A program made the position numbers and the translations under genes. This document shows positions 39,092 through 48,925 of a stretch of DNA of 64,000 bases, one piece after another. Within the stretch, counting starts at the first letter, position 1, and every line of letters begins with the position of its first letter. This DNA comes from an uncultured delta proteobacterium (GTDB lineage: Bacteria; Desulfobacterota; Binatia; Binatales; Binataceae), in the NCBI GenBank assembly GCA_963711565.1, contig CAVQEQ010000004.1, positions 480,001 through 544,000 of the forward strand, written 5' to 3'. Below the pieces are notes generated by a model. It did not search any database, was not told where the DNA came from, and saw only the letters and a list, made by a program, of their open reading frames with translations.

Positions 39092-39150
39092 ACCTTTCCC
39101 GTCTCTAGTTAGTATTCATCACTGGTATTCCAACAAGAGGAGATTCCGAC

Positions 39151-39978
39151 GTGGCAGCAGTTCGCGATTTCGCCCAGAGCAAAGATGGGGTCAAACTTCG
39201 CTACGAGATTCGAGGGAGTGGCGAGCCGGTCGCGCTCATCATGGGATTCAGCGGCTCGGGCCGCGGATGGGGCGAGGCGTTTCTCAAGCTGATGGAAGCG
39301 CGGTTCAAGATTTTCGTAATCGACAATCGCGGCACCGGTGAGAGTGACAAGCCCGACGCCGAGTTCACACTCGGCGACCTGGCCGCGGATGTCGCGGCCG
39401 TGCTCGACCATGCCAAGACGCCGCGCGCGCATATTTTCGGAATCTCGATGGGCGGGATGATCGCGCAGGAATTCGCGCTGGCGTATCCGGCGCGCACGCG
39501 CGGGCTGGTGCTCGGATGTACCAACTGCGGCGCGAGTCATTCGATTCCGGCCGATCCTGCGGCGATCGCCAACCTGATACCCGCGCCCGGCATGGATCCG
39601 CTCGAGCAGGCGCGGCGCGCATTCTCGGTCGCGTGCGGCAAGGCGTTTCTGAATTCGGCGGCGGGGCAGGCGATTCTGACGCAAGCGATGGCCGAGATGG
39701 GCAACTATCCCATCACGCCGATGCATACGTTCATGCTGCAGGGACAGGCGATTGGCGGCTTCGACAGTTTCGCGCGGCTTGGACAAATCAAGTCGCCGAC
39801 ACTAATTATTCACGGTGATGACGACTCGATCGTGCCGTATCCAAACGCGGAAGTTCTGCACGGTGCGATAGCGGGTTCGAAAAAGCATACACTCAAGGCT
39901 GCTGGTCACATGTTTTTCTGGGAAGTGCCCGAGGAAACTGTGCGCGTGGCGGGCGACTTCCTGGACGCGGTGAAGTAA
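39151..39978 (+). CDS. Alpha/beta hydrolase
   Basis: DNRG.G.SD, GISMGGMIAQ, HGD.D..VP and AGH motifs; GAGGAG RBS. Confidence 0.92.
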   Translation: MAAVRDFAQSKDGVKLRYEIRGSGEPVALIMGFSGSGRGWGEAFLKLMEARFKIFVIDNRGTGESDKPDAEFTLGDLAADVAAVLDHAKTPRAHIFGISMGGMIAQEFALAYPARTRGLVLGCTNCGASHSIPADPAAIANLIPAPGMDPLEQARRAFSVACGKAFLNSAAGQAILTQAMAEMGNYPITPMHTFMLQGQAIGGFDSFARLGQIKSPTLIIHGDDDSIVPYPNAEVLHGAIAGSKKHTLKAAGHMFFWEVPEETVRVAGDFLDAVK

Positions 39979-39993
39979 CCGCCGGAGGTTCAC

Positions 39994-40815
39994 ATGGCGA
40001 ACTACGAAACCGTTATTTACGAAAAGGCCGAGGACAAAATCTACCGGCTGACGCTCAATCGGCCGGAGAAGCTCAACGCGCTCTCGCAGAAGCTGCTCAA
40101 GGAACTCGACTCGGTGATGGACGAGTACGAGTCGAATCCCGAAGCGAGCGTGCTGATAATCCGCGGCGCCGGGCGCGCCTTCTCGGCGGGATACGACTTG
40201 CAGGGCACGCAGCATCCGGGGTCAACGTTCACTGTCACCAACGACCGGATGGGGCTGCACAAAACGATCGAGCGATGGCAGCGGTTGTGGGCAATTAACA
40301 AACCGACGATCGCGCAGGTGCATGGCTACTGCCTGGCGGGCGGCACCGAGTTCGTCGGGCATTGCGATATCGTCTTCGCCAGCGAGGACGCGCAGTTCGG
40401 GCATCCTGCCGGCCGCTCGCTCGGAATCCTGCCGACGATGTCGATGTGGCCGGTGCTTATGGGTCCGCGCAAAACGAAGGAATATTTTTTCACCGGCGAC
40501 TACATGTCGGCGAAAGAAGCGCTCGAGTGGCACCTGATCAATCGCGTTTTCCCCAAGGACAAGCTCGAGGAAGAGACGATGAACTACGCGCGCCGCGTCG
40601 CGATGGTGCCGGCGGAATTGTTGATGCTGCACAAGGCTGCGGTGAATCGCTACCTCGATATCATCGGGATTCGCGCGGCCGAGCAGTCGTCGGCCGACAT
40701 CGACGTGATCGCGCATCAGACCGACACCGTGAAGAACTGGATGAAGGCGAGCCGCGAGAAAGGCCTCAAAGGGGCGCTCACGGAACGCGACCGTCCGTTT
40801 GCGAAGAAGGCATAG
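39994..40815 (+). CDS. Enoyl-CoA hydratase/isomerase family protein
   Basis: LNRPEKLNALS, AFSAGYDL, KPTIAQVHGYCLAGG and A.FG.P motifs. Confidence 0.93.
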   Translation: MANYETVIYEKAEDKIYRLTLNRPEKLNALSQKLLKELDSVMDEYESNPEASVLIIRGAGRAFSAGYDLQGTQHPGSTFTVTNDRMGLHKTIERWQRLWAINKPTIAQVHGYCLAGGTEFVGHCDIVFASEDAQFGHPAGRSLGILPTMSMWPVLMGPRKTKEYFFTGDYMSAKEALEWHLINRVFPKDKLEEETMNYARRVAMVPAELLMLHKAAVNRYLDIIGIRAAEQSSADIDVIAHQTDTVKNWMKASREKGLKGALTERDRPFAKKA

Positions 40816-40858
40816 TAGAGAGACGGGTCTTCTGAGGAAGGGAATCGAGGAGGGGACA

Positions 40859-41575
40859 ATGCTCAAACGTTCGCTGATAGTGGCCGCCGCCGTTCTTATG
40901 GTCGCGTGCAATTCCGGACCGTCACAAACCGCCGACAATACGGTCGGCGGCGCCAACATCGTTTCGTCGGCGAAATCGCCGATGGTGAAGGCGACGACGA
41001 CTTTTTCGCTGGACTGGGGCAAGGATGCGAAAGCCGGGCAGGTCGCGATTGCCGACGTGATCAGCTACGGCGGACCCAAAGTGGCGATCACCGCACCCGC
41101 TGGTTGGCAACTGATTCGCGACGACTCCACTTCGTCGACGCGGCAGTCGCTCTACTGGCATGCAATCCAGGCCAACGATCCCAGCACGTCGACGTGGACA
41201 TTCAGCGCGCCCGTTGATGCGCAGGGCGCGATCCTGTTGCTCGACAATGTCGCGTCAACCATGCCGGTGGATATGACCAGCGGCAACACCGGCAATGGCG
41301 GCACGGTGACAGCCAAATCGGTCGCGACCACCGCCGATGGGGCTCTGATCCTCGGCTTTTATGCAACCGACTTCCATCTCGATGGGCTGTCTCCATCGTT
41401 GCCTGCCGATACCACCGCCGTAATAAATCAGGAAGCGACCTCGAACGAATTCTGGATCCTCGCCAGCTATCAGAATCAGGCCGCCGCCACGGAGGACCAG
41501 GTCTCCAACGCCGCGCAGATCTTCAATTGGACGGCCGCGCAGGTAGCTATAAAGCGGGGCACGGCGACTCCGTGA
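40859..41575 (+). CDS. Lipoprotein with an uncharacterised beta-rich domain
   Basis: GAGGAGG RBS; MLKRSLIVAAAVLMVAC lipobox; Thr/Ser/Ala-rich beta strands (TAPAGWQLI...YW...TWTF). Confidence 0.75.
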   Translation: MLKRSLIVAAAVLMVACNSGPSQTADNTVGGANIVSSAKSPMVKATTTFSLDWGKDAKAGQVAIADVISYGGPKVAITAPAGWQLIRDDSTSSTRQSLYWHAIQANDPSTSTWTFSAPVDAQGAILLLDNVASTMPVDMTSGNTGNGGTVTAKSVATTADGALILGFYATDFHLDGLSPSLPADTTAVINQEATSNEFWILASYQNQAAATEDQVSNAAQIFNWTAAQVAIKRGTATP

Positions 41576-41615
41576 TCGACGCGGGTTCTCTTATCGCGTG
41601 AGTTAGCGTAATCGA

Positions 41616-43799
41616 TTGTCGATGAGCGCAGCGGAGGGGGCATCGGACAGAGGCGATCGATCGCCGGCGTCGTTCATCCCTTGCGCGGCCGTCTGGCTCG
41701 GCCTCGCCGTGGTTACCGCTCTCGCAATCTACAAGCTGCGCAATTTCGATTACCCTCTGACTCCGCTGACCTGGATTCACGCGTGGCGCGCAATCTCGCC
41801 GGTGTTGCCGGATACGGCGTGGGCTGCCATCCGAGTCTGGACCTTCTGGGCGATTAGTTCGTGCGCGATCGCCGGCCTGCTGCGACGCTACGACTCCTCG
41901 ATCGAAGCCGGCGACGCTATTCTCGCGGGCGCGGCCGGTCTCTGGGTTCTCGCGTACGTTCTCGGCAACCTGGTCGGGCCGTTGGGGCTGATGAGGTCGT
42001 GGTTCGTCTGGCTGCTGCTGGCCGCGGCTGTCGCGCCGCAACTCCGCGATCTGCGAGCATTCAAATTCAATCCTCCGAGCAACGGTCAGAAGCTCGCCTT
42101 GATCGCGTGGGCTCTGCTGAGCGTCTCGCTGCTGCCGCTGCAACTCGGCTCGCCCGTGCCGCCCTTCATGGATGTGCTGAATCATCCCGCCGCCGTCCAG
42201 CGCATACTCACGTTCCATCGTTATCTGCCCTTCGACAACGATCCGTACGGTGCATACGGCGCTCGCGTGCAGGCCCCGGCGCTCGAACTGTTTTACGCCG
42301 TACTCGGGCTTGGCGCCGGATCCAAAATGGGCGCACTGGCCGAAACTGCCGCGATGGTGCCGATGGCGGGGCTGATGATCTTTTCCGCCTATCGCCTCGG
42401 GCGGACCTTCTTCGGCGACAGCGCTGGCGGGATGGCGTCGCTGTTCATGTTTTTCACCTGTCTCTTCCGGCGCGAGCAGGGGATGCGCGCGACCGCGGTA
42501 GTTTTCGTGCTGGTTGGTATAGGCCTCGCCTTCTTCCTCGATTCGCGGCGAAATCGCACCTTGTTTGCATGTGGCGCGATGGCGCTGGGAACTTCAGTTG
42601 CCGTGCACGCGATTGGCGGAGCACTGGCAATGTTCGTAGCCGCTTCGGCGGCTGTGTTCTGGTTGGCCTCGGGCGATTTTTCCCGTTCGTTAGCGGCGAT
42701 CATTTGCCTGGCAGGAGCCTTGATGCTGGCCGTTCCGGAATTGCTCATCGGCACCGAACAGAGTGTCAGTTACCCGATCCTGCCCGCGATTCAACTCGCC
42801 GGGATAGCCGTCATCCTTGCCGGCGCGACGCGCCTTCGCGCGCAAGCTCCCGCGGTATCTCTCGTCATCCCGGTTCTGAATGCCGTCGCGGTCATCGGAT
42901 TATTCGCGCTATTCATCTGCCGGCATTCGTTTCCCGGTCCTATCTTCGATCAGGTAATGCACAATTTGCCGATGCTATGGCTGTTCGCGGCACTTGGACT
43001 GATTGCGGCAGAAGTTCTCGGCTTCGTCGAAAAGGGCAGCATGCCCGACACTGGGATCATCGCCGTGGCGCTGATGGTCGGGTTCGCTGTGGAGATTGCC
43101 GGCAACTATCTCGCTCCCATTGCTACCGCGCCGGCCGAGCGCGACATGCTGGGGAATTTCTTCAGCAAGCTCATCGACTACTGGATCCCCTTCATCCTGA
43201 TCTTTCCCGCGGGACTCCTATTCGGGTTGCTCTACGATCGCATTTCCAGACCGCTGGCGTTCTTCGCCGTGCTCACGATTCTGATGTATCCTTGGACGCG
43301 GGCCGAGAATCCGCAGGACTATGACAGCGACGAGCACGCGATTTCCGAACAGTGGGCTTTCAACCTTAACCGCGCCGAAGCCGGTTACTGGGCGGGAACC
43401 CACGATCACCGCTGGACTTTGGGCGATGATGGGTTCGCGCTGGTAAAGCTGCTGCTAACTGAGGTGAGCGCCGGCCGAATTACCCCCGCCACGCATATCC
43501 TTCACCTGACTGACACCACCTCCGCTTGGGGCCTGGAGCAAGTCGCGATCTTTACCGGCATCGACGATGATCCTATCGATTTCGGATACGATCCAAATAA
43601 TCTCTTTCAAGCAGGTAGCAGGATACACGGACCTGATGACTTGCCTGCCGCCTTGTCGCGGCACCCATCCTATATCCTCGAACAATGTCCCGCTCCGGGC
43701 TGGATGGGCGATCCACCTTCCGGTTACTATAAGATATTCGACCGGGGAGACCTTCGGCTATATCGAAGGGCCGACGTGGTGAAGAATGCGATCAACTAG
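41616..43799 (+). CDS. Polytopic membrane protein, GT-C glycosyltransferase-like (paralog A)
   Basis: Many TM segments; acidic extracytoplasmic loop PFMDVLNHP...YLPFDNDPYG; soluble C-terminal domain; clearly homologous to 45005..47275. Confidence 0.65.
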   Translation: MSMSAAEGASDRGDRSPASFIPCAAVWLGLAVVTALAIYKLRNFDYPLTPLTWIHAWRAISPVLPDTAWAAIRVWTFWAISSCAIAGLLRRYDSSIEAGDAILAGAAGLWVLAYVLGNLVGPLGLMRSWFVWLLLAAAVAPQLRDLRAFKFNPPSNGQKLALIAWALLSVSLLPLQLGSPVPPFMDVLNHPAAVQRILTFHRYLPFDNDPYGAYGARVQAPALELFYAVLGLGAGSKMGALAETAAMVPMAGLMIFSAYRLGRTFFGDSAGGMASLFMFFTCLFRREQGMRATAVVFVLVGIGLAFFLDSRRNRTLFACGAMALGTSVAVHAIGGALAMFVAASAAVFWLASGDFSRSLAAIICLAGALMLAVPELLIGTEQSVSYPILPAIQLAGIAVILAGATRLRAQAPAVSLVIPVLNAVAVIGLFALFICRHSFPGPIFDQVMHNLPMLWLFAALGLIAAEVLGFVEKGSMPDTGIIAVALMVGFAVEIAGNYLAPIATAPAERDMLGNFFSKLIDYWIPFILIFPAGLLFGLLYDRISRPLAFFAVLTILMYPWTRAENPQDYDSDEHAISEQWAFNLNRAEAGYWAGTHDHRWTLGDDGFALVKLLLTEVSAGRITPATHILHLTDTTSAWGLEQVAIFTGIDDDPIDFGYDPNNLFQAGSRIHGPDDLPAALSRHPSYILEQCPAPGWMGDPPSGYYKIFDRGDLRLYRRADVVKNAIN

Positions 43800-43855
43800 C
43801 GAGAGCTACGATGAGAATTTCTACGCATATTAACTAAAGGTTTCAGGTAAGCGAC

Positions 43856-44992
43856 ATGATAATGAAACTACGAAAGCCTGAGACCCTGGTATTTCTCCTG
43901 GCCCTGATTTTCTACGCGGCGACGATGTTCCCGGAAAGTCCTTACAATGAGCAGGTTAGACAGGCCTATGCATTTCTTCATGGTCATGTCCAAATAGATG
44001 CGCCAAACTCATTTCTCGAACATGCCCAGGTCGGACCTTATAGCTATGCACTCCATCCACCGCTAGCACCGATCCTGCTGATGCCATTTGTCGCAATCTG
44101 GGGAATGAGTACGAACCAGACGATGTGCTCAGTCCTGATCGCGGCGGTTGGAGTAATGCTTGCTTGGACTTTATTCAAGCGGCTTGAGTTGCCGACCGAG
44201 CAGTGCGTCTGGCTCACAGTCTTTTTCGGCATAGGTACGATTTTCTGGTACGAGGGCACGATTGGCACAACTTGGGCCTTGCCGATAGTCACGTGCGCGG
44301 TGTTTCTCCTGGCGATGCTTATAGAGTTATTCGGCGCAAATCGGCCGCTATGGATTGGCATCTGGGGCGCGCTCGCATGTCTCGCACGCTATGATGCGGC
44401 ACTGGCTATGCCGGTGATCGCGCTGCTGTCAATGCGTAAAGAGCGGACGATAAGTGAGATGCTATGGATAGCTCCGGCGTTTCTGGTGGTTGGCGTATTC
44501 TTCGTCTGGCTCAACGAAGTGCGTTACAACAACTTCTTCGATCAAGGACTTGAATACATTCCCAACGTTGCCCATGGCCACTGGTCGGGCGTCCAGTATC
44601 TGCCCGGGAACCTCTACACCTTACTGTTCATGGCGCCGAAGGTGGACGGCACTTTCCCATATCTGCATCCGTCGTTCGCCGGCCAGGCCTTGACCTTGAC
44701 GAGTCCCGCCTTTGTGCTGGCACTAAGACCGAGTTTCAAGCGGCTGGAAGTCTCCGCGATGGGCCTTTGCGCGGTGCTTATTTCGATCCCGTCCCTGGTA
44801 CACTCGACCAACGGCTTCGCGCAATTCGGCGCGCGGTTTTACATTCAGGCCTATCCCTTCCTGCTGGTAATGCTGGCGATGGGTATGCCGCGGAAGACAG
44901 ATCAGCTTACGAAGATTCTGATCGTGGTGTCTGTGATTCTCGTCGCATTTGGAGTTTGGCATGTCCATGAATGGGGCTTAGCCGGACCATAG
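43856..44992 (+). CDS. Membrane protein, GT-C-like
   Basis: QA.AFL.G, Y...PPL.PIL..PF, A.L.RY, N..RY..F and FG.RF motifs typical of GT-C-fold proteins; visibly more AT-rich codons. Confidence 0.65.
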   Translation: MIMKLRKPETLVFLLALIFYAATMFPESPYNEQVRQAYAFLHGHVQIDAPNSFLEHAQVGPYSYALHPPLAPILLMPFVAIWGMSTNQTMCSVLIAAVGVMLAWTLFKRLELPTEQCVWLTVFFGIGTIFWYEGTIGTTWALPIVTCAVFLLAMLIELFGANRPLWIGIWGALACLARYDAALAMPVIALLSMRKERTISEMLWIAPAFLVVGVFFVWLNEVRYNNFFDQGLEYIPNVAHGHWSGVQYLPGNLYTLLFMAPKVDGTFPYLHPSFAGQALTLTSPAFVLALRPSFKRLEVSAMGLCAVLISIPSLVHSTNGFAQFGARFYIQAYPFLLVMLAMGMPRKTDQLTKILIVVSVILVAFGVWHVHEWGLAGP

Positions 44993-45004
44993 CAGGATCG
45001 ACGA

Positions 45005-47275
45005 TCAGGATCGCAGCATAGGTCGGATGCGCTTAATTAAAATCGCCGCGCCAATGCCTATAAGGAACGCGACGCTCAGCGCGATCCAGTTCGGGAAAGT
45101 CGAGCGGACTGGATGACCGGCGGGCAGGCCGCTACGGCGGTAAAGGATGAAGCCGTCCTGATCTAGCAACTTCTCGTAACCTGGCGGTGGAATCTTGATC
45201 CCAGCGGGCGCGGCCGCCTGCGTCACAATGTAAGCGGGACGCGCCGCGAGCGCATCGGCGAGCCGCCCTATCGGCCTTGCCCGCCCGCCGCGCAGTACAG
45301 GTTCCCAGTTAGCGGCCGTCGGCTTGTAGGTCACGGTGTCGTCGTTGATTCCGGTGAAAACTGAAAAGCGCGAAGTGTGCCCAAAGACCAGCAGCTCCGG
45401 CGCAAGGTGTAGGATGTGGGTTGACGCGTTGATCCGGCCCGCTGCGATCTCGCGATAAAGGAGATGGATCAACTGCCGCTCGGCGGGACCGAGCGTCCAC
45501 CGGTTGTCAGAGGTGAGACCCCAGTAGCCCTCGGACAGCGTCGAGTAGTCGATCATCCAGTTTATGGGAATCGAATGCTCGTTGTAGTCGTAATCGATCC
45601 CCGGCGCATGCGGGGGTGAATAGAGCAGCATCGCGAACATTGCCACCAGAACGATCGACGGCGACAGGTACTCAAAGAGCGTCGCGAAGAAGCCCGCGGC
45701 CGGAAAGACCAGGAAAAACGGCAGCCAGTATTCCGCAATTTTGCGCTCGAGGTCGTAGGTCTCGAAACTGTCCGCGGGTTGCCTGGCGATCAGCGCGATC
45801 AGCCATCCGAAATGGTCGGTCACCAACGCCGGCGCAACCGCCGCGCCGATTACAAACATAGTCACCACGCCGGCGGGTCTCAGGCCAACAAGGATCGCGA
45901 GGACGCCGGCCAGCGCGGAGAGCGAGAGGAAGGGAAAGTTGTGCCAAATCTCGGTGTAGATCATCGCCCCCGGCCGCTCCACAAGGTCGTAGAGAATTGC
46001 GGCTGTCACGGCTGTGAGAAAAAAGCGGCCGATAAGTGGTGGCCACGATTTTGCGGAGAAACTGGATTCATTCACCGATGGGTCAAGCAAGCTGACGCCG
46101 AAGATGATCACTACGATTCCCACCAGTTCGAGAAGGATCAGCTCAGCGCCGGGCACGACAAATTGAGTCGCGATCGCGAAGTAGGGGAGCCCGATCAAGA
46201 TCGATCCGCTCAGACATATCGTTCCTGCCAAAGCTCGCCTGAAATCTCCCTCGATCAGAAAAGCCACGACGGCTGCCATCGCAACCGCGATCCCGAAAGA
46301 GCCGTTGACGGCATGCGAGGGGATCGCCGTCCCTAGCATCAGCGCGCCCATCGCCATCAACACCCGGCTGCGCCGAGGAGCGAGAAAAAACGCAAGTCCG
46401 ATTACTACCAGCGCGAGATCGACGGCGGACCCGCGCATACTGATCATCCGCCGAAATATCGTGGTCAGAAATAGCAGCAGCGCGGCCGCACCGCCGGCAC
46501 CGTCGTTGAACAAGGCTGCGCCCCATCGATACGCGGCGACGATTATTAATGCCGCCATCGGTACCATCGCCGCCGTCTCAGCCATCACGCCGAGGTGAAT
46601 ATTCGATCCCAGTCCCAGTATCGCATAGAACAGCTCGACGCCCGGCGTCTGCACCGGCGGCGGCCACCATCCGTATGGGTCGTTGTCAAACGGCAGGTAC
46701 ACATGGAAGGTCAGCACCTTCTGCACCGATGCGGGCCAGCACAGCGCGTCCATCCAGGGGACGACCGGCGATGTGAGTTGCAGCGGCAGCAACGAGAAGC
46801 TGGCGAGCGCGATTGCCAGAATCACCAGGCCCACGCCGAATCCGGGCCGACGGATCTCGCGAATCGGGACCGCGCGGAACAACAAGACTGTCGCGAAGCC
46901 CATCAACAGCCATACTGTCGTGCCGCGAAACAGTCCGATCGGCCCGAGGATACTGCCCATCAGATAGCCAAGCACCCAGATTCCGGCCGCACCCGCAAGG
47001 CAGGCGTCGAACGCGTCGAGTTGCGGTTCGATCTTGCGCAGAATAGCGGCGATCAGCAGGCCGGACCACGCCCAGAACGTCCAGAGCTTTATCGCCTCGC
47101 GACCGGTCAGTGGGGAGAGTTGCACGAGCGCGTGCACAGCCGAGCGGAAATCATGCGGCCACGGGAAATCGCGAAGATGATACAGTGCGATCGCTCCGCC
47201 TGCGATTGCGCAAATCCAGGCGACCGCTATGGGTGCCTGCCGGAACGATCGAATCAGCCGTCCTGCGATCATCAC
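45005..47275 (-). CDS. Polytopic membrane protein, GT-C-like (paralog B)
   Basis: Shares WTFWA, LLPLQL.SPV.P.MD, LTFH.YLPFDNDPYG, ELFYA.LGLG, AETAAMVPMA, DYD..EH.I and THILHL with paralog A. Confidence 0.65.
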   Translation of the reverse strand: MMIAGRLIRSFRQAPIAVAWICAIAGGAIALYHLRDFPWPHDFRSAVHALVQLSPLTGREAIKLWTFWAWSGLLIAAILRKIEPQLDAFDACLAGAAGIWVLGYLMGSILGPIGLFRGTTVWLLMGFATVLLFRAVPIREIRRPGFGVGLVILAIALASFSLLPLQLTSPVVPWMDALCWPASVQKVLTFHVYLPFDNDPYGWWPPPVQTPGVELFYAILGLGSNIHLGVMAETAAMVPMAALIIVAAYRWGAALFNDGAGGAAALLLFLTTIFRRMISMRGSAVDLALVVIGLAFFLAPRRSRVLMAMGALMLGTAIPSHAVNGSFGIAVAMAAVVAFLIEGDFRRALAGTICLSGSILIGLPYFAIATQFVVPGAELILLELVGIVVIIFGVSLLDPSVNESSFSAKSWPPLIGRFFLTAVTAAILYDLVERPGAMIYTEIWHNFPFLSLSALAGVLAILVGLRPAGVVTMFVIGAAVAPALVTDHFGWLIALIARQPADSFETYDLERKIAEYWLPFFLVFPAAGFFATLFEYLSPSIVLVAMFAMLLYSPPHAPGIDYDYNEHSIPINWMIDYSTLSEGYWGLTSDNRWTLGPAERQLIHLLYREIAAGRINASTHILHLAPELLVFGHTSRFSVFTGINDDTVTYKPTAANWEPVLRGGRARPIGRLADALAARPAYIVTQAAAPAGIKIPPPGYEKLLDQDGFILYRRSGLPAGHPVRSTFPNWIALSVAFLIGIGAAILIKRIRPMLRS

Positions 47276-47363
47276 CGCACGTAACGCCGTACGTTAAATT
47301 TCATCGACGGGTCCTTGGCCTCGTGCCGACGTTGCACGTACTCTGTATCCGAAATCGCGACTG

Positions 47364-48026
47364 ATGGCATCACGGGAGTACAGCGGCTCGGACGGTGACA
47401 GTACGTTAACGCGGGACATTGTGCTCGCGTTGACCGCAGGTTTTCTTACGGGCGCGCTGGCGATCCCGATCGTGATCAACGTCGGGCTGGGAACCATGCT
47501 CAGGGTCCCGCTGTTTCTGTTGCCGCTGATCGCCGCCGCGCTATTCGTGATCGCTTTGATGGTGGCGAGCGTGGTCGCCGGCCGCGCTCCGTCGTTGTTC
47601 GAATTTACCAAGTTTGCGATGACGGGAGTTCTGAACGCCGGCGTCGATTTCGGCGGCCTCAATTCCCTGATGCTGTTGACCGGAATCGCGTCTGGCCGTG
47701 GCTTCATCGCCTTCAAATCGATTTCGGTGACGCTGGGCGTGATCAACAGCTACGTCTGGAACAAGTACTGGACGTTCGACGCGGCGAAATCTTCGGGGGC
47801 GCGGCGCGAGCTGATTTCGTTCATGGTGGTGACGCTGATCGCAGTCGCGGTCAACGTCGCCGGCGCCGACGTGATCGTGAACATTATCGGCGCCCCTGCC
47901 GGCGTCAGCACCAAACTGTGGGCCAACGTCGGCGCGATTTCCGGCGCCGGCCTGACCCTCTTCACGAACTTCTTTGGCTACAAGTTTTTCGTCTTCAGAA
48001 AACTGTCGGTGCTTACAAGCGGCTAG
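47364..48026 (+). CDS. GtrA-family protein (lipid-linked sugar flippase-like)
   Basis: F.KF...G.LN..VDFG, SY.WNKYWTF and NFFGYKFFVF motifs, with two extra N-terminal TMs. Confidence 0.88.
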   Translation: MASREYSGSDGDSTLTRDIVLALTAGFLTGALAIPIVINVGLGTMLRVPLFLLPLIAAALFVIALMVASVVAGRAPSLFEFTKFAMTGVLNAGVDFGGLNSLMLLTGIASGRGFIAFKSISVTLGVINSYVWNKYWTFDAAKSSGARRELISFMVVTLIAVAVNVAGADVIVNIIGAPAGVSTKLWANVGAISGAGLTLFTNFFGYKFFVFRKLSVLTSG

Positions 48027-48223
48027 GTTCCGCGCGCAGCTCGCCGGTTCGTTTTAATACTGGGTGCAGGGGTCACCCCTGCTAGTACTGGGTGCAGGGG
48101 TCACCCCTGCTCACCCCTGCCTCTTACGGTGCCGCGCTCAATCGGGCAAGCTGGAAGAAGCCGCGCCCCGGAGTGGGAGTGGCGCCGACTTCGCGACCGA
48201 TGGATTCTCGATCCATGGGATAA
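47991..48223 (+). repeat. Imperfect direct repeat, copy 1 (gtrA 3' end, intergenic region, decayed dedA start)
   Basis: Colinear with 48923-49120 from GTCTTCAGAAAACTGTCGGT to CATGGGATAA. Confidence 0.9.
48054..48120 (-). repeat. Repeat family A, two tandem half copies plus a 10-nt stutter
   Basis: TAATACTGGGTGCAGGGGTCACCCCTGC, then TAGTACTGGGTGCAGGGGTCACCCCTGC, then TCACCCCTGC. Confidence 0.9.
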
Positions 48224-48244
48224 TCTCGCTAGGAGAATCGATTT

Positions 48245-48823
48245 ATGAACAATCTCGACTCGATGTTAGAACGCAACAAAGACTTTGCTGCTCAGCAGTC
48301 TGCTGCAGGCACACTTATGCCCTCTCTTCCGCAGGCGCTGCCAAATGTAAAGGCAATCATCATCGGTTGCGCAGATATGCGCGTAGATCCTTCTCATGTA
48401 CTTGGGATCAAACCGGGCGAGGCTGTCGTGATGCGTAACATCGGCGGTCGAATCACCCCGGGGCTGTTGGAGCAGTTGGGTCTACTCGGACGAATCGGTC
48501 AGGTTGCCGGAGCGATTCCTGGAGGCGGCGGTGAGTTCCACCTCATAGTACTTCAGCACACCGATTGCGGCATGACGCGCCTCGCCAACGACCCAGCCCT
48601 GTTGACGCGCTATTTTCAAATACAGGACGAGGAACTCAAGACCAAAGCGGTCTCCGATCCTCGCGCGGCGGTCGCCGTGGACGTTGCTTTGCTCCGGGCG
48701 ATTCCTGCATTGCCGGGCGAGTGGCTTATTTCCGGCCTCGTCTACAACGTCGCGACCGGACTTGTAACGATCGTCGTACCGCCAGCGCCGATTTCTGCAA
48801 GTGACACCGGCTTTCGCCGGTGA
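48245..48823 (+). CDS. Beta-class carbonic anhydrase family protein
   Basis: C.D.RVDP and H.DCG zinc ligands, RN.GGR, G.VY.V.TG; AGGAG RBS. Confidence 0.92.
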   Translation: MNNLDSMLERNKDFAAQQSAAGTLMPSLPQALPNVKAIIIGCADMRVDPSHVLGIKPGEAVVMRNIGGRITPGLLEQLGLLGRIGQVAGAIPGGGGEFHLIVLQHTDCGMTRLANDPALLTRYFQIQDEELKTKAVSDPRAAVAVDVALLRAIPALPGEWLISGLVYNVATGLVTIVVPPAPISASDTGFRR

Positions 48824-48861
48824 TTTCTGATTGTCGATCTTCTCCAGTGGAGATCCAGAAA

Positions 48862-48925
48862 CGCAATCGCGAACACCGCAGCGCCGGTCGGTGGCAACAG
48901 AAATAGCGGCACCCTGAGCACGGTC
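48862..48925 (-). pseudogene. Inverted fragment of a gtrA paralog
   Basis: Minus-strand TVLRVPLFLLPPTGAAVFAIA aligns to GtrA TMLRVPLFLLPLIAAALFVIA (47492-47555). Confidence 0.75.

Noticed and set aside
48054-48120. Tandem 28-nt repeats as a possible CRISPR array
   Set aside because: There are no spacers between the units, only two units plus a stutter, and no cas genes. The sequence belongs to dispersed family A.
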